Shown here in pieces: positions 63,633-64,000 of a DNA stretch of 64,000 nucleotides. The stretch is from contig CAVWLW010000025.1 of NCBI GenBank assembly GCA_963755715.1, positions 64,001 through 128,000 of the forward strand, written 5' to 3'. A model generated the notes under the pieces. It was not told the DNA's origin. It was given only the letters and a program-made list of their open reading frames with translations, and made no database searches. Origin of the DNA: an uncultured delta proteobacterium (GTDB lineage: Bacteria > Desulfobacterota > Binatia > UBA9968). The number at the start of each line of letters is the position of its first letter. Within the stretch, counting starts at the first letter, position 1. A program made the position numbers and the translations under genes.

Positions 63633-64000
63633 GTGGCGCTCGCTAGACAAATTGCAAGACCTTTGAAAAGTAAATTTTTTATTGGTGCCATCCTAGCCCT
63701 GCCATTAGTCCTATTTGCGACGATATGGCGGCATCCAAAGGAAGACACGCTTGCTGAGGTCAACGGCGCGGTGATCACCGAGCGCCACATCGAAAGTACC
63801 TTAGGCCGCCAACTTTCAGAGCTCAAACAGCAAATCTATAAGCTCAAGCGTCAGAAAGTGGATGAGCTGATTAATGCAGAACTCCTAGACGAAGAAGCCA
63901 AGCGTGCGGGCGTTTCCGTGGCGACTCTCTTGGAGAACAATTAGACGGTAAAACTTCTCCAGTTTCGGAAGAGGAAATTCGAGTGTTTTACGATCACAAT
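63633..64000 (+). CDS. N-terminus of a DsbA/thioredoxin-domain or SurA-like exported protein (frameshift near 63940, truncated)
   Basis: TM segment, LAEVNG..IT, LL.EEAKR.GVSV..LL. Continues as VSEEEIRVFYDHN in another frame. The CxxC domain is not visible. Confidence 0.5.

Overview
Bacterial chromosomal window from a diderm, LPS-producing organism. Gene order and protein style suggest a deltaproteobacteria-like lineage, possibly Ca. Binatota; this is inference only. Layout: (1) 1-17 kb, a lipid A/LPS core cluster (msbA, waaA, lpxK, epimerase, VOC protein, Trm112, two GT9, three Kdo/WaaP-type kinases, GT2/GT4 enzymes, rfaE1). (2) 17-27 kb, yicC-gmk-rel, rpmB/rfaE2, a UbiD decarboxylase, a signal-peptide DUF151-PDZ protein, mutL-miaA. 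(3) 27-31 kb, a CobW protein with a Cys-rich C-terminal fusion, SDR, O-methyltransferase, RluA. (4) 31-42.6 kb, the pheA-hisC-tyrA-aroA-cmk-rpsA-sppA-ihfB-HIT supraoperon plus an AAA+/VWA pair. (5) 42.6-46.3 kb, a repeat-bracketed lexA-imuA-imuB cassette with a clear LexA operator but no dnaE2, followed by a decayed four-helix-bundle gene. (6) 46.3-64 kb, a divergent locus with three sigma54-type promoters: REC-GGDEF, His kinase, GT-C-like membrane protein and EAL protein on the minus strand, facing a Flp/Tad pilus operon with DUF192 and a DsbA-like gene on the plus strand. About ten conserved genes carry frameshifts, mostly apparent single-base insertions, most likely sequencing or assembly errors. 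No rRNA, tRNA, CRISPR array or intact transposase was recognised.
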